Shown here: piece by piece, positions 62,042 to 64,000 of the stretch
Position numbering within the stretch: position 1 is the first letter of the stretch
How the letters are laid out: each line of letters starts with the position of its first letter
From: an uncultured delta proteobacterium
GTDB taxonomy: Bacteria > Desulfobacterota > RBG-13-43-22
Length of the DNA stretch: 64,000 nt
Reading direction: 5' to 3'
Assembly: GCA_963790475.1 (NCBI GenBank)
Contig: CAWBOS010000010.1
Span: forward strand, 1,024,001 to 1,088,000
The notes under the pieces: model-generated
What the model saw: the letters and a program-made list of their open reading frames with translations, nothing else
What the model was told of the DNA's origin: nothing
The model's database searches: none
Position numbers and translations under genes: made by a program

Positions 62042-62661
62042 ATGCAATTAAACAAAAGGATGAAGAGATTTCTTATTGTTGGATCAAGTGCCGCAATTGT
62101 AAATTTTGCTTTAATAATTTTTTTCGTTGAAGCATTATCTTTTAACACCTATATCCTAACCCGGACAAGCAGGAACCATATTTGAAATATTGTAACATTT
62201 GGTGGATTCGTAAAAAGTCACCGAAAGCCTATTTTCGTCATTCCCTTGAAAAAGGGAATCCAGTGTTTTTAATAAGTTGAGAATAGCCTGGATTCCCGCC
62301 TCCGCGGGAATGACGACGAAATATTCTATCCAATTTGAGTAGAATTCTATTCCTAAGTTACTAAAAAATATTGCAAATGTAATATCAATAGAAGTAAGTG
62401 TATTTTATAATTTTCTGTTAAGTCGTATCTGGACATGGGATGATGCACCGAAAAGGCAGGGAAGGGACTTGTTTCATAGTTTATTTCTTTTAATCTTGCA
62501 GCCTTAACCGCATAATGGTTAGGATTGTCATTTTTGCTGCGCTCGATAATTTAGGGGTTTTCTATTTAATTAATGTTTTTTTTGGTATAGGTATTGCCTC
62601 TATATTGAATTTCATTCTCTATGACAAACTAATTTTTCGTAGAGTAATACATGCAGAATAA
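62042..62661 (+). pseudogene. GtrA-family flippase pseudogene, interrupted by a ~205-bp insertion and later frameshifts
   Basis: RFLIVGSSAAIVNF...FNTY | insertion 62153-62357 | LLKNIANVISIEVSVFYNFLLSRIWTW ... ILNFILYDKLIF. Confidence 0.82.
62200..62316. mobile_element. MITE/REP-like nested palindrome inside gtrA
   Basis: Outer arms tcgtcattccc (62235) / gggaatgacga (62316), inner arms gggaatccag / ctggattccc; left end ggtggattcgtaaaaagtc. Confidence 0.8.
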
Positions 62662-62691
62662 ACATAACGATGCAATTTCTAACTCACGACC

Positions 62692-63759
62692 ATGAAACTA
62701 CTAATTACCGGTATATGTGGATTTGTCGGTAGTAGCCTTGCTAAAGCGTGGATTGACGCTGATACTGACATTGCAATCTACGGGCTGGACAATTTCATCC
62801 GACCTGGAAGCGAGGAAAATCGGAATCATCTGCAGAAACTTGGTATCAAACTGTTCCATGGCGATATCCGGGTAACGTCGGATTTTGGAACATTACCTAA
62901 GGTTGATTGGGTTATTGACGCTGCCGCCAATCCAAGTGTTTTGGCGGGTGTTGATGGTTATAGCAGCAGCCGGCAATTGATCGAGCACAATCTTTTTGGT
63001 ACCGTGAATATTCTGGAATATTGCAAGAAACATGGCGCCGGCTTTATCATGCTAAGCACGAGCCGTGTTTACTCCATCAGGCCGTTATCCAAACTGATAG
63101 TGGAACCGGTAGCACAGGCATTTCAGTTGAGTGAAGAACAACTCCTTCCACTTGGATTAAGTTCGGCCGGAGTCAGCGAGACGTTTAGCACAGCAGCGCC
63201 AATTTCACTTTATGGCAGCACCAAACTCGCCTCTGAGATAATGGCATTGGAATATGGGGAAACTTTTAATTTTCCAGTTTGGATTAATCGCTGCGGAGTC
63301 ATGGCCGGAGCTGGTCAGTTTGGAAAAGCTGATCAGGGAATTTTTGCTTACTGGATAAACGCTTACCTGCATCGCCGACCCCTGAAATACATCGGTTTTG
63401 GTGGCAAGGGATTTCAGGTACGCGATTGTCTGCATCCCCGCGATCTGATTCCGTTGCTCCAGAAACAAACAGCTATATCCAATGGCAATCTGGTACGCCT
63501 TGTTAATATCGGGGGTGGCAATAGCCACTCCATGTCGTTGGCGGAATTGAGCGCATGGTGCTCCAATCGTTTCGGACCACATGCTATTACCAGTGAACCA
63601 GGGATGCGCCGTTTTGACATTCCTTGGTTGATTCTGGATTGCCGTCTCGCTGGGCAAATATGGAATTGGAGACCGAAGACCTCTCTCAACCAAATTCTTG
63701 ATGAAATTGCTTGCCATGCCCAGCAGCATCCCAACTGGTTGGAGATTTCAGGAGCTTGA
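62692..63759 (+). CDS. Second NAD-dependent epimerase, CDP-paratose 2-epimerase-like
   Basis: TGICGFVG, AANPSV, STSRVY, YGSTK, DQG and GFQVRD. Confidence 0.87.
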   Translation: MKLLITGICGFVGSSLAKAWIDADTDIAIYGLDNFIRPGSEENRNHLQKLGIKLFHGDIRVTSDFGTLPKVDWVIDAAANPSVLAGVDGYSSSRQLIEHNLFGTVNILEYCKKHGAGFIMLSTSRVYSIRPLSKLIVEPVAQAFQLSEEQLLPLGLSSAGVSETFSTAAPISLYGSTKLASEIMALEYGETFNFPVWINRCGVMAGAGQFGKADQGIFAYWINAYLHRRPLKYIGFGGKGFQVRDCLHPRDLIPLLQKQTAISNGNLVRLVNIGGGNSHSMSLAELSAWCSNRFGPHAITSEPGMRRFDIPWLILDCRLAGQIWNWRPKTSLNQILDEIACHAQQHPNWLEISGA

Positions 63760-63761
63760 TT

Positions 63762-64000
63762 ATGACAGCAAAAAGTTCTTCACCGCCTCAACTCCTCTCA
63801 GTGGTTATCCCGGCGCGAGACGAAGAGGGATGCATATGTTCAACCGTGCAGCATCTTGACCTGGAGTTGAGACTTCAAAAGGTGCCACACGAAATTATCG
63901 TAGTCGATGACGGCAGCAGTGACCATACATGGCAATTACTGCAAGACCTTCAAAAAGATCTTCCGGAATTAAAACCGATGCAGAACAAGGGGAAAAACGG
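63762..64000 (+). CDS. GT2 polyprenol-phosphate glycosyltransferase (GtrB/DPM1-like), truncated by the window end
   Basis: LSVVIPARDEEGCI and EIIVVDDGSSD read directly from the sequence; absent from the ORF track. Confidence 0.85.
   Translation, partial: MTAKSSSPPQLLSVVIPARDEEGCICSTVQHLDLELRLQKVPHEIIVVDDGSSDHTWQLLQDLQKDLPELKPMQNKGKN

Overview
Bacterial chromosomal window; the gene order and protein style suggest Desulfobacterota (deltaproteobacteria), which is an inference. 1-19.6 kb is housekeeping: cinA(partial)-thpR-recA-alaS, a divergent class A beta-lactamase-fold protein, then alr-argS-SPOR-GNAT-secA-argJ-ade, a frameshifted kinase/AAA gene and an O-antigen-ligase-like gene. 19.6-34.5 kb is a surface-protein block. 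It holds a NarX/NarL-type two-component pair whose sensor has a periplasmic CxxCH heme motif, an FKBP foldase, a 1633-aa secreted multicopper oxidase, wecA and a GT2 gene, and a sigma54-type 871-aa beta-helix protein. Both large secreted proteins end in the same six-repeat FG-GAP module, and a decayed copy of the last repeat lies downstream of the second one. 34.5-64 kb is a mosaic, partly decaying surface-glycan locus: seven methyltransferase domains, an atypical radical SAM protein, an RfaH-like pseudogene followed by an ops-like site, two gmd copies, three multidomain proteins with 14-aa coiled-coil rulers, wzt and IS4 relics, and a GtrABC-like module with two tyvelose-epimerase-like genes and an interrupted gtrA. 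No rRNA, tRNA or CRISPR array was seen. All calls come from reading motifs by eye; no database searches were run.
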